Source: Octopus vulgaris
Lineage: Eukaryota
Assembly: GCA_951406725.2 (NCBI GenBank)
Contig: OX597820.1
Span: 60,450,001 to 60,514,000, forward strand
Direction: 5' to 3'
Length of the DNA: 64,000 bases
A program made the position numbers and the translations under genes. Within the stretch, counting starts at the first letter, position 1. The number at the start of each line of letters is the position of its first letter. The notes below the pieces were generated by a model. It saw only the letters and a program-made list of their open reading frames with translations. It ran no database searches and was not told the origin of the DNA. Shown piece by piece: positions 52,400 to 64,000 of the stretch.

Positions 52400-52620
52400 A
52401 TTGGTTTCAGATTTTGGCAGAAGACCAGCTATTTTCGAGGGAGTGGGTAAGTCGATTGCATCGACCCCAGTGCTCAACTGGCGCTTATTTTATCAACCCC
52501 GAAAAGATGAAAGACAAAGTCGACCTCAGTAGAATTTGAATTAAAAACTTAAAGACGGACGAAATGCCGCTAAGCACTTTGACCGGTGTGTTAACGATTC
52601 TGCCAGCTCATCACCTTAAA
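52400..52620 (-). mobile_element. SINE A
   Basis: Consensus match. Confidence 0.8.
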
Positions 52621-53049
52621 TCTAAACTTAAAATTAACCTAGTTTATACTAGCAGCTGCCATTCTAACATATATAGGTCTATGCACCACCGACATCTCAT
52701 TAGGTTAAATTAAGCAAATACTTCTACTGCAATAATCATTTCTGAATTAGCCTAACGTTTTTATAAATTCATTTTATATATTCTCGAATATTTATTTTCC
52801 TTTTGTCCCCTTCACCACTCTCAACGATTCTTCTAATGTTATTTTAATATTCTACATATTATGAAGCAAAAATATATTAAACAATATCGTGTTAACTAAA
52901 TATAACCTTGAACATATCACACACTCATCACACCTAATGACATACTCCAACTAAAAATATTTACCCTTTCTATTGAGATGTATTTCAAATTAACTGCTTT
53001 TGCTCACCACTTATAACTTCTGTGTGTGTGTGTATGTGTATGTGTATTT

Positions 53050-53520
53050 GTGCAGACATAGCGTTTTGGCTGAGAGGTTCGCTTCACGGCCAAGTAGTTT
53101 CGACTTTAGTGCTACTATGCGTCACTTTGGGCGAGTGTCTTTTACTATAGCCCCAGCTTGACCAATGCCTTGTGAGTTCATTTAGTCGACGGAATTTTCC
53201 AGAAGTCCGTCGTGCATGCACGTGTGTTTGTGAGTAAGTATATTTGTTAGTTTGTGTGTATGCTTGTAATTGTGGAGGCGCATGATTTAGTGGTTAAACT
53301 ATTGAACTCATGATCGTAAGCTTGTTGTTTCGATTCCTGGAGGGAGCGTTGCTTTATGTTCTTGAGTGTAACACTTCATTTCACTTTGCTTTCGTCCTCT
53401 CAGCTGGCAAAAATGAGTGATCCCGCGACGGACCAGCGTCTCGTCTAGGTGGGATAACATATACACCACAGATTCGGGGAAATGGATCTCATGGGCCGCT
53501 GGTTAGGGAAGGGCCTTTGA
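53050..53520 (+). mobile_element. Degenerate SINE B followed by SINE C (from ~53273)
   Basis: Diverged matches. Confidence 0.65.
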
Positions 53521-53642
53521 AACTTTCCTTTTCTTTTTCCTTTTCTTTTCTTTTTTGATATATATGATCATCGTTGTCTAGTTATTCGAAATTTCATGTT
53601 CTCGATCGTCAGACTGAACACAAAGTGCGACATTGCAGTTCT

Positions 53643-53766
53643 TTGTGTGCAGAATATGAGTAGATTTCATCTGAGAAGGAAGAGTAGATAGCTGGCAAGA
53701 GTAGATAGCTTTGTGTGCAGAATATGAGTAGATTTCATCTGAGAAGGAAGAGTAGATAGCTGGCAA
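53643..53766. repeat. Local tandem duplication with a ~67-bp period
   Basis: ttgtgtgcagaatatgagtagatttcatctgagaaggaagagtagatagctggcaa occurs twice. Confidence 0.9.
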
Positions 53767-54369
53767 AAAAGACAGACAAGAAAAAAAATCCTTTCTAGTC
53801 GTTAGGGAGTGGGTCAAGCGAGTAGTTGTTGTAGGCTTATGTGCTGGTTGACCTTTAGAATTATATTAAGAGTGAATGAAAAGTATTCATATTCACCCTC
53901 ATCATATGCATTTAGCTATATTTCTAAATAGTAAATATTAAAGAGGGTCCGATTGTTTGCGTCAGATACACTGAGCATTTTATCTATGAGTGGAGTGAGT
54001 TAGATAAATTAAGCGATAAATAATGTATCAGAATTAAATTACTTAATTATGTGGCCGTGCCCATGAGGTTAAGTAGTTGTAAATATGCATATACATGTAG
54101 ATACATGTGAGAATGTGCACGTTCAGATAAGATTTTAAAATGCAAAAGATTTTGAAAGTTAGATGAAGGTTGTTTAGGTGTTTATATGGCTTAACGCACT
54201 TTTCTTACCGATATTCCTAGAAATGTTGAATGTTGTGAGCGGCATGCGTTCGTCTTAGAGTTTTTACGCTGTCAATGTATAGTCAAGAAAGCCGCCAATA
54301 AACCGTGAAGTAGTCCGTCAGGAAACACTCTCTCCATTATCATCGCACTTCAGAAACATTGAAATAATG

Positions 54370-54784
54370 GGATCTTTTCGGTTTGAACGGCAGTTTTTAA
54401 CATAATTTCTAGGTAACTAAAAAAATTTAAACTTCGTATACTGGTAGAATGTGTTTATAAAACATCTTTTTCTCTTGGCTTTATTGAGAAAATTCTATAG
54501 TTTGTAAGATATTTGTTGTTTTTTTCTTCAATTTCTGCAATTTCAACCAATCAGTGACGTCTATTGAGTTAAAAAGCATTCTGTGCCGTATGAATATGTC
54601 CCTCGTTTAAGAAACAGATTGGGTTTATTTACATTTGTGAAGAAAAAAAGATACCCTTCCCCCACCCCTAACCCTAACCCTAAAAGATATTGAAATGCAA
54701 TAGATCGATTCTAGGGTCATAATTATGGGTGACAATTTCATATGACACCGCTAGAAAAAACTGCCGTTCAAACCGAAAACATCC
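54370..54784. mobile_element. MITE copy 2 of the same family with a perfect 8-bp TSD (AAATAATG)
   Basis: Same TIRs with one mismatch; AAATAATG at 54362-54369 and 54785-54792; internal CCCTAA repeats. Confidence 0.92.
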
Positions 54785-55958
54785 AAATAATGTATACATG
54801 ATTTCACGTTTATGAATTTGTGGCAAGATTCCTAATGTGATTTCTTATTTCTTTCTTACTAGGACCAATTTAAATATTGGAAACCTTCTTCTAGTTCTGA
54901 TTCATGCTTTGTTGAGCATAATATATCTGTATATAGTGCATGCTAAAACAGGCAAAGTGTTCCAAAGGTCGAAAGTAACCAGGTTAATGATTGGGAATGT
55001 AAAATTCCAATAACCAGATATGAGATACCAGCTATAGTCATAACTATATGCCGGTGTTTGTTTCTCACCTTTTCACAGCAGTTATTCATTTATTACGTTT
55101 AGTACCAAATTTCAATCAAATATAGGGGTTGATGTGATTAGCTAAACCCTTCAATGCAATGTCCCGACATAAATGCAGCTAAATGAGTGAAACAAGTACG
55201 AAAATAAAAGAAATGTGTTTGTGTGTGTACAGCTCTGTTTTATAAATTTCGGCGAATAATCTTTCTCATTTGTCTTAGTGCCGAATTTAGACGACGTCGT
55301 CTGCTAAACTCTAACAAACTTTTTACAATATATAAATATTGCATGCTATTAGGTCTGATATTCTATCCAACATTTTTGTTTTATTTTAAATTGTGTGTAT
55401 TAGATTCAATCCTTTTATTCGAACAGTTTATAAGTTTTAATTCCAGCTATCTGCTTACTTTGCGAAATTTAAAAAAAGTCGTGCGCGCTTTTATCCATCC
55501 CCCACAAACGCACAAACACTTAACTATACATAGTCTACTTGACTTTGATATCAGTGCATTTGCGAGTGCATTCATTTGCAGTTATAATTCCTTTAGAGGT
55601 TTTCTTAGCCACAGACTGCTGCGATTAATCTACAAACAAACATACAAAACATCTACGGATATATTTTTAACCTTTGAAGAGATTATGGTCAGTAATATGA
55701 ATTTAATATATAATTAATTTCACTGAGTATAACTGAAACGGCCGTAAGAAATTATGATCGATGTGTTGTTGATAACAAACTGTTATTAACTTCAAAATCT
55801 CCATTTTCTTCTTCGTTTACATGAATATAACTACAGTTTATATACAACTTATTATTCTCAGAAAATCAATTCTCCACAAAATATTAAATACTGAACCATT
55901 ATTTCCTTGGATGAAACCATCCCTTCATGAGACTAAGATAACGTCTAAAGAAATTAAA

Positions 55959-56130
<172 letters not shown>

Positions 56131-56407
56131 TAAAATTTAAATAATGAGGGTGATAAATTGAATATTAATTTAATTAACATCAATTTAAAACCAATTTAAA
56201 ACCTAGCATATAGAAAAATCTGAAAATTCAGAAAAATTGTATTGCATGCGTATAAGAAGGGATGACCAGTAAGTGGACATCCAATATGGTAGAAATAGAT
56301 CACCTACGATCTAACCACAAAGAAAAGAATGTTCTCTAGAAAAATTCAGCAAACACCAGAGCATAAGTGGGTAAGACAAATGAAAATATGCAAAATAAAG
56401 AATTAAT

Positions 56408-56470
56408 TATAGACCGATTTCGCCATTAGCTACATCAATTACGTAAAAACGTCCGTGGCTCATCAGTACG
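56408..56470 (-). ncRNA. Minimal type-I hammerhead ribozyme motif
   Basis: Minus strand reads gta-CTGATGA-gcca[30 nt]tggc-GAAA-tcgG-TC-tat: intact core, 4-bp stem II, near-palindromic stem III, GUC cleavage triplet. Confidence 0.7.
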
Positions 56471-56617
56471 ACCGTTCTAATTTAATATAATTTGTAGAAC
56501 TATACACGGATTGTCCTCATAAAATTAGATGCGTGTACAGTTCTACCGATTACATCGGGGATATTTTCAAATGTCTCAGCTCTGGCACACTAAATCCCGG
56601 AAACAGTTCTGCACACA

Positions 56618-56692
<75 letters not shown>

Positions 56693-56696
56693 GTTT

Positions 56697-56732
<36 letters not shown>

Positions 56733-56737
56733 GCATA

Positions 56738-56787
<50 letters not shown>

Positions 56788-56789
<2 letters not shown>

Positions 56790-57104
56790 GAAATGAAGAA
56801 AATGCTGACAAAATAATTTAAGTAAGGGAGAGTGTATTTAATTAGGTGAAAGTTCTTTTTACCGGTTGCGCATTTGTTATGCTTATCAAAAGATATTTTG
56901 AGTGAGATAGAGTTCCTTTCTGATTTATTTTTTTTCTTATCTGACGTCAGATAAGAGAAAAAAATCAATCAGAAAGGAACTCTATCTCACTCAAAATATC
57001 TTTTGATAAGCATAACAAATGCGCAACCGGTAAAAAGAACTTTCACCTAATTAAATACACTCTCCCTTACTTAAATTATTTTGTCAGCATTTTCTTCATT
57101 TCCT
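56788..57104. repeat. Spacerless near-perfect palindrome with ~158-bp arms
   Basis: Centre CTGAC|GTCAG at 56945/56946; the arms are reverse complements except for about one mismatch and one indel near the centre. Confidence 0.95.
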
Positions 57105-57206
57105 CTTTTTATATATCACAACTCGTGTTCCACATCTCCTTTTTTAAATATATATATATATATATATAAAAGGTGTTAAACGCAGGTATTGTTCAAATCT
57201 TTTTAC

Positions 57207-57277
57207 TCCCGACATATGTTTCGAAGAAAACATTGGTATTATTCCAGAAGGAATAATACAATCTTCTCATCTGGGAA
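57207..57277 (-). ncRNA. Type-I hammerhead ribozyme motif with palindromic stem III (U4A core variant)
   Basis: Minus strand reads ttcc-CAGATGA-gaaga[..gtattattcc ttct ggaataatac..]tcttc-GAAA-catatG-TC-ggga. Confidence 0.7.
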
Positions 57278-57501
57278 AGGAAGAAACCAAACACATTAAT
57301 AAGGCATTTTAACAGAATGTAATGACTGCATATATGATGAAGAAAACGCTAGCAAGTTAAAAAAAAAAAACCGTTAGTAGATATAACTGTTAGTAGATAA
57401 AATATTTGAAAGTTGAATCTCTTCAGAGGTAGTTTAAGATATACAAAATGGGTGTTCAATTCCTGCATGTTGAGTTAACGGCTGCAAACCGTTAACTATA
57501 T

Positions 57502-57570
<69 letters not shown>

Positions 57571-57583
57571 CAGTCGGATATTA

Positions 57584-57639
<56 letters not shown>

Positions 57640-58565
57640 GGAGAGACGAGGAGAATCTAATCTTGTATTTTATCGACCCCGGTAGGTTGAAAAGTTAGAT
57701 AAGTTGACCTCAGTGCAGTTTGAGCTCTGGAGGTAAAGAGTCCGAGCAAATACCACAAAGCATTTGTTCGACACTGTAATTCATTCAGCCTTTCACCACT
57801 TTCACTGACCATTTACTCTACACCAATTATACATATGCATGACTGCTATAGAAAGTGATTTCTTAAAATTTTGCCCCTTTGTTTTTACGGAGGTTTCTAT
57901 TATCTCACTATTCCTGAAGTTATCTAAATATTGCCGCCGCCCCTTATGCTCACCTCCCATTTAAAATAGATTACTTTATTCTTTTACTAGTTTTTTAAAA
58001 ATTATCAATGCCACACTCAGTCACTTTATTCTGTCCCATTTATAATCTATGACACCATTAGATTAATTAATTAATTTGCGTGTATTTATTTCTATGCATT
58101 CGTGATTGTATGTTTCTCTTCGTGCTTCTCCTGGTCGTTTAGTATTTGTTGTCTGTTATTTTAATTTTTACTCCACTTTTAGTTTTTCTCAGTTATCTAA
58201 TATTCAAATACCTCTCCCCAAACTTCGTAATCACTACCCAATCATCCGACAATCAACAGTAAAAGTGACTACTAGAAGTTGTTGACTAACTAATGATATT
58301 TTGACTCTAACCCACTCTACGGCCATTCTGCAGTTCAGTGATGTGTCTATAAAATAGTACAGCAATCTGCAATCAAGACAAGAATCTTGGTTTAAATATA
58401 AAATAAATAACATCCATTCTTCCTCTAATTTTGTAGGGGTTGTGATCCCCAATCCATAGATGTTTAATTTGTTTTATTTTTCATCTAGTAATTTTTAAAC
58501 CATTTTCCTGACACTTGCACAAATACACTTCCACACCTTATATCATGTCAAACATCTATATCTAT

Positions 58566-58775
58566 AAGGCGGTGAACTGGCAGAATCATTAGCACTTCAG
58601 GCAAAATGCTTAGCGGGACTTCGTCCGTCTTTATATTGTGAGTTCAAATTCTACCGATGTTGGCCTTGCCTTTCATCTCTTCGAGATCGACAAAATAAAT
58701 CCAATTTAAGCACAAGGGTTGATGTAATCGACCCTGCTCACTCCCCGAAATTGTTAGCCTTATGCCAGAATTTGA
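58566..58775 (+). mobile_element. SINE A (diverged)
   Basis: Consensus match. Confidence 0.75.
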
Positions 58776-58796
58776 GATATCGACATATATATATAT

Positions 58797-59185
58797 TAGG
58801 GGAAAGTTTACGAAAATAAGCAAAAGACGAAGGCAGGTGGAGTACAAACAAACAAATGTATTAGTATAGCGCTCAGGAATAGAAAAAGTCTTTTACGTTT
58901 CGAGTCTACGCTCTTCGACAGAAAGATACACAGAAAAAAACAAGGAGAGAAAAAATGCGTGTAGGAGCTAATGATCTATCATGGTGTCCTGACTTCGGAC
59001 AGTGGTCAGACGCGAGAGGGACAGTAGGGGAGATAACATTAGTCACTTTTCTAGTAGTCGCTTTTGTCGGATGATTGGGTAGTTGTTACGAGGTTTGGTG
59101 AGAAGTATTTTAGAAGTATTTGAATATTAGATAACTCTGCAAAACAAAAAAGTGGAGTAAAAATTAAAATAACAGACAACAATAT
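58797..59185 (-). mobile_element. Longer third copy of the 37203 repeat family, next to a short (TA)n
   Basis: Shares aaaagacgaaggcaggtgg...gtcttttacgtttcga..ctacgctcttc...aaggagagaaaaaatg with 37494-37671. Confidence 0.65.
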
Positions 59186-59303
59186 ACACACACATACACA
59201 CAATGACAATGTTATTCAATTTAACCTTTGACATAGTAATCAAGTCGTAGGATAAAACTTAAGCGCTGTTGAATATTTTTCTGCTCTAATATTTCTATCT
59301 TGT

Positions 59304-59890
59304 CAAGGCGGCGAGCTGGCAGAAAAGTTAGCACGCCGGGCGAAATGCGTAGCCGTATTTCGTCTGCCGTTACGTTCTGAGTTCAAATTCCGCCGAGGTC
59401 AACTTCGCCTTTCATCCTTTCGGAGTCGATAAATTAAGTACCAGTTACGCACTGGGGGTCGATATAATCGACTTAATCCGTTTGTCCGCTCTGTGTTTAG
59501 CTCCGATGGGTAGTAAAGAAAGTCGACCTTACATTTCATTCTTTCAGGATCGATAAAATAAGTACCAGTTGCGGACTGGGGTCTATCTAATTGACTGCCC
59601 CTCCCCCAAAATTTCGGGCCTTGTTCCTTGAGTAGAAAAGAATATTTGTATCTTTTACTTGTTTTAGTCATTGAATTGTGGCCATACTGGGGCACTGCTT
59701 TGAAAGATTATGCCGAACAGATTGATCCTACTGCTTATCTTTTTAAGTCTGGTACTTATTCTATCGGTCACTTTTGCTTAATCACAAAAAGTTACAAGGA
59801 TGTAAACAAACCAACACCATTTGTCAAGCAGTGTGCGTATGTATGTGTGGAGGGGGTAAGCACAAATACAAAGCCACTCACACACGCGCG
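59304..59890. mobile_element. SINE A dimer (+, 59304-59640) followed by a diverged SINE B 3' part (-)
   Basis: Consensus matches. Confidence 0.78.
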
Positions 59891-61030
59891 CGCGTAATAC
59901 TTGCAGTATTTATTTACGTTCCTTTACGTTTTGTTTTCAAATCGCATTGAAATTATTTTTGCTTTCCACCCCTTTAGGATACATTGGATAATACAGTCCC
60001 AGACACTTCTATAAAGATTAGATTGTCATATCTGTAATCTTTTGATAATAGATTTGCCCTGATGTGGTTGACCTGAATTTGAGCAATAATTTAGCCAAGA
60101 ACGCATTTTGTTCAATGTTTTCGATACGTATATTGTTGAAATACTTGTCTACTTGGTTTCCTAATTTTTATCGTGTGACGTGTTGAAAATTTGATCTTAG
60201 TATGTTAGTGATTAAAATTTGCTCTCTTAGTTTATTTCAGAGGTTATTCTGTTTGATATACGAGTTTACTTTACAAATTCCCCAGGCAAATTTACATTTA
60301 AAAGTGTGGGTTAATATATACTTCATGTTTGTATCTATGATGGTGACACTGGACATCTTTCGGAACCAAATATAGTCTGACACATAGCTACTAGATCCCA
60401 AAATGATTTCAAGCGTAGTCAAGATCTTAAAATCACTGATTTGATAATTTAAAATTGGGGATAGTGCCTTCTGCATAAAAAATTTATAGGTAGAGCAAGC
60501 CAACGTAATCCGATGAACCTGAACCTAAAATATCTTTTTTTTTTATGAATTGTAATTACAGCCGTATTAGTAAGAAAAATTAATGGATGTTAATTATTCT
60601 TGTATATTGTTCGGTAATCATACTAGGGAGTAAACACTATTTAGCTTATTATTTCTGTCGTATTCGAACAATATTTGTGAGCACTATTTTAAAAGAAGTA
60701 TCATTATTGAAGTTCAAGGACATTACACATTTTAAAGACTTCGTTTTGATTGTTTCTTTCTTCTTATCAATTCTCTCCAATGCTGCTTAATGACTGTTTG
60801 TTCTGGAAGACACAAAGCTTCAGATACTTCAGAAGAGTATGACATCTTTATTTTGCAATTTGCTTATCGTTATGCATATTCGACCTCTGGTTGATACAAT
60901 CTGTTGTAATTTACTTGTTTAATGTCTACAGTTTTCACTAGTAATATTTTGTATGCCGCACATCTTTTGGTATTTATCTATTATCGACAGTCACTTTTTT
61001 TTTTGTTACTAAAGGATTAGTAAATAAATT

Positions 61031-61430
61031 AGGAGCAGGCATGGCCGTGTGGTAAGAAGTTTACTTCCTAACTACATTGTTCTGAGTTCAGTCCCATTGC
61101 GTGGCACCTTGGGTAAGTGTCTTCTGCTATAGCCTCGGACCGACCAAAGCCTTGCGAGTGGATTTAGTAGGCGGAAACTGAAAGAAGTTCGTTGTGCATA
61201 TAATATATACATATGTGTGTGTGTGGGAGGGAGTTATCTGTGCATTCCCCCACCACCGCTTGACAACCGATGTTTGTGTGTTTACATCTCAGTAACTTAG
61301 CAGTTCGGCAATAGAGAATGAGTAAATAATTACTAGGCTTTAAAATATAAATAAGACCTAGCACCGATTCATTCGACTAAAAATCCTTCAAGGCGGTCCC
61401 CCATCATGGCCGCAGTCTAATGACTGACTT
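61031..61430 (+). mobile_element. SINE B (diverged)
   Basis: Consensus match. Confidence 0.8.
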
Positions 61431-62244
61431 CCCCACCAAGATAAACAACAAAAGACAAACTATTACACACATGAAACAAGTGTAATAGACGATTTGCGGA
61501 CTTTCGGAGAAGCTGTCACTGTTTCATGAGGGAGCAAAAGGGTATGGAATTGGGTGATTGATTCCTTCTTGGAAAGAATATTTTGCACAAAACATTAAAT
61601 GTTTTACATTTTGGCTCTGCAATTCTATGCCCTTTTCTGGTAATTTTTTTTTTTTTTTGGTACTTTTCTATATGCGGTTGTGATAGCTATTCCGATATTC
61701 CAAAGATCAACTATTACACTCATCTCACACGTATAATAGTTCATTCACTAATCCTTTAGTAAAAAGAAAAGAAAAATGGCTGTCGATAAAAAAAAACTTT
61801 CCAATTTCTATTATTTGAAAATTTCTTTCCTCTGCACTCACTTCCTTCTTTATTTTATAGCACATTGGATTTTTGCTTTAGTTGTAAATACAAGCACATA
61901 GTTCCAATCGAATTTTATATGACAGAAGATAATAGATGCTGCTGATTTCTCTTCGAAGTCTGGAAAGTGCCAACTGTAAAGTTGTAGAAATAAATAATTC
62001 CATCCGAATACAACTGTGAAAAGCATAGTTTTCAACCGAGACACTTTGATGAAGTAATAAGAATATTGAATACAAAGAGAAACTTATTCCCGTTCTCTGT
62101 TTAAGATTATTCTAAACACCTTTTTTTAACTCCCAAAGCTGATAATCGGTTTCAGTTTATCAAATTTGTCGGTTGAATCTGAAGAAATTAGTGGTGATCT
62201 GCTTGAGACAAAAATTAAGTACAAAATATTCACGAAGTGAATAT

Positions 62245-62650
62245 AGGCGCAAGAGTGGCTGTGTGGTAAGTAGCTTGCTTACCAACCACATGGTTTCGGG
62301 TTCAGTCCCACAGCGTGGCATCGTGGGCAAGTGTCTTCTACTATAGCCTCGGGCCGACCAAAGCCTTGTGAGTGGATTTGGTAGACGGAAACTGAAAGAA
62401 GCCCGTCGTATATATGTATATATATATGTATGTGTGTCTCTGTTTGTCTCCCCCCCCAACATCGCTTGACAACATCGCTGGTGTGTTTACGTCTCTGTAA
62501 CCTAGCGGTTCGGCAAAAGAGACCAATAGAATAAGTACTAGGCTTACAAAAAATAAGCCCTGGGGTCGATTTGCTCGACTAAAGGCGGTGCTCCAGCATG
62601 GCCGCAGTCAAATGACTGAAACAAGTAAAAGAGTAAAAGAGTAAAAGAGA
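62245..62650 (+). mobile_element. SINE B
   Basis: Full-length, low divergence, (GTAAAAGA)3 tail. Confidence 0.9.
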
Positions 62651-63304
62651 AGTACAGTGAATTATTTTTGCTGCAAGAAATGTATCATTTTTGGCAGAAG
62701 CCGTCGACAGAGTTTAACAGTGTGTGGGTTTATCATTCTATATAAGTTAATAACTTGATTAATGGGTGAATTTTGATATTTCTTCTACATTCTCTTTTGT
62801 TTATGTGAATAAAAGCAATGTAATCACGAAGTGTTGCTTAGAACGTTGACTCACATTTGTTATATATTTTAATTGTCAATTTACTTACGTGGACACATTA
62901 ATAATGCAACACTATATGTGATTTTTTTTTATTACAATGAAAACTGACATGGTGTAAAAGATAAAAATTACGGATATGTAATAACTTGTTAATAACAGGC
63001 ATTGACATCGAAGCAGCGGACGAAATACCTTGCAGTATATATTTCAGCTTCTTACATGCCAAGTCCAAATCCCGACGAAATCAACTTTGCTTTTCATCCT
63101 TCCAGTTTTGATAAATAAAGTACCAATTTAAGACCGGTGGCCAGGCAAATCATAACAGCGTTGGGCATGGGGTTTTGCGGCGCTTGTTGTGAGTTCAAAT
63201 CTCACCATGTCCAACTTGGTTGGCAGATTCAATCCATCGCCTTAACACCGCTAAAGGCATCCAAATACCAATATCTAGTCAGAGATGATGCTTTTCCTCC
63301 TCTA

Positions 63305-63432
63305 ACTTTTTTATGCGCTTTTTGAAGCCTAGCCAGGTTCATGGGCCCGGTTTCCCGGTTTCTATGGCGTGTGTGTTCCCCCCAGCTGGACGGGACGCCA
63401 GTCCATCGCAGCGTTACTCAAGAAACAAGAAG
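63305..63432 (-). mobile_element. SINE C 3' part
   Basis: Near-identical to 14060-14185. Confidence 0.8.
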
Positions 63433-64000
63433 AAAAGGTTTATTTTGGCTCTTATTTCTAGCAATACTGGTGCTGACTTGAACCCATAGTCACTTTTGGT
63501 GATGATTGTATTCGTGCCTTTCGGTTTTAAATTGAGCCTAGACTTTTTCCTGGGGCTAAAAAGTAGTAACATCGTCCTGTTTAGGACTGCCATATTGTGT
63601 TGGTAAAATAGACTTTACTGTTTGGTATTATTACTACATATTTCTCGTTCAGAAATTTAAAACTAGTTGTTTTTCTCTTTACGAGATCAGCGACTGTGTA
63701 TCGCTTTAAAAATATATACTATAAGCAAGGTCGAGTGACTACCATCTCTAGCCGGCGATTGTTCTCTGCTGAAGAAGAGAAATAACTCAGAAACCTTGAT
63801 CTACATGTATCGCTAACGCTAGAAAGGGAGCAATAAACTCCCTTGCTCATATTATACGGACACAGAACATGTGTCAGTAGCCAGCTGGAAAAGATGCTTT
63901 CCTGGGGCTAAAAAGTAATAACTTCGTCCTGTGTAGGATTGCCACATTATGTTGGCAAATAGACTTTATATATATTACTGTTTAAATGAAAAAATATATG

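Noticed and set aside
55597-55717. Possible sixth TDO exon after ctttAG, reading (R)GFLSHRLLR
   Set aside because: The next TDO exon should contain the invariant PASGFQS motif, which is absent. Acceptor-like sites at 54862 and 60240 also fail (no motif, or an early stop).
60237-60900. Possible hAT transposase C-terminal relic on the minus strand (LGSSSYVSDYIWFRKM)
   Set aside because: Similarity to the FGSTYxCExxFSxM motif is too weak to support by eye.

Overview
AT-rich, repeat-dense animal DNA. The tRNA-headed SINE families, abundant (TA)n/(CA)n/(GA)n microsatellites and long introns point to an octopus or other coleoid cephalopod (inference). The host gene is a tryptophan 2,3-dioxygenase (TDO2/vermilion-type) on the + strand. 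Five coding exons (8231-8284, 12252-12342, 15502-15569, 24286-24351, 49519-49580) splice in frame through GT-AG junctions; no further exon was found before the window ends. The 25-kb fourth intron holds a same-strand, intronless 133-aa ORF with two predicted TM helices (candidate nested gene). The introns carry three SINE families, CR1-group, RTE and Penelope-like (GIY-YIG) retroelement pieces, Tc1/mariner elements, a two-copy MITE with GG..CC ends and 8-bp TSD, and a Gypsy integrase relic. The most unusual signals are (i) a 56-59 kb cluster of (TA)n-embedded non-coding units with antisense type-I hammerhead ribozyme motifs next to a ~317-bp spacerless palindrome, (ii) many close inverted repeats able to form dsRNA in the TDO pre-mRNA, and (iii) a candidate recursive splice site. 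All alignments and folds were done by eye, and repeat boundaries are approximate unless TIRs or TSDs define them.
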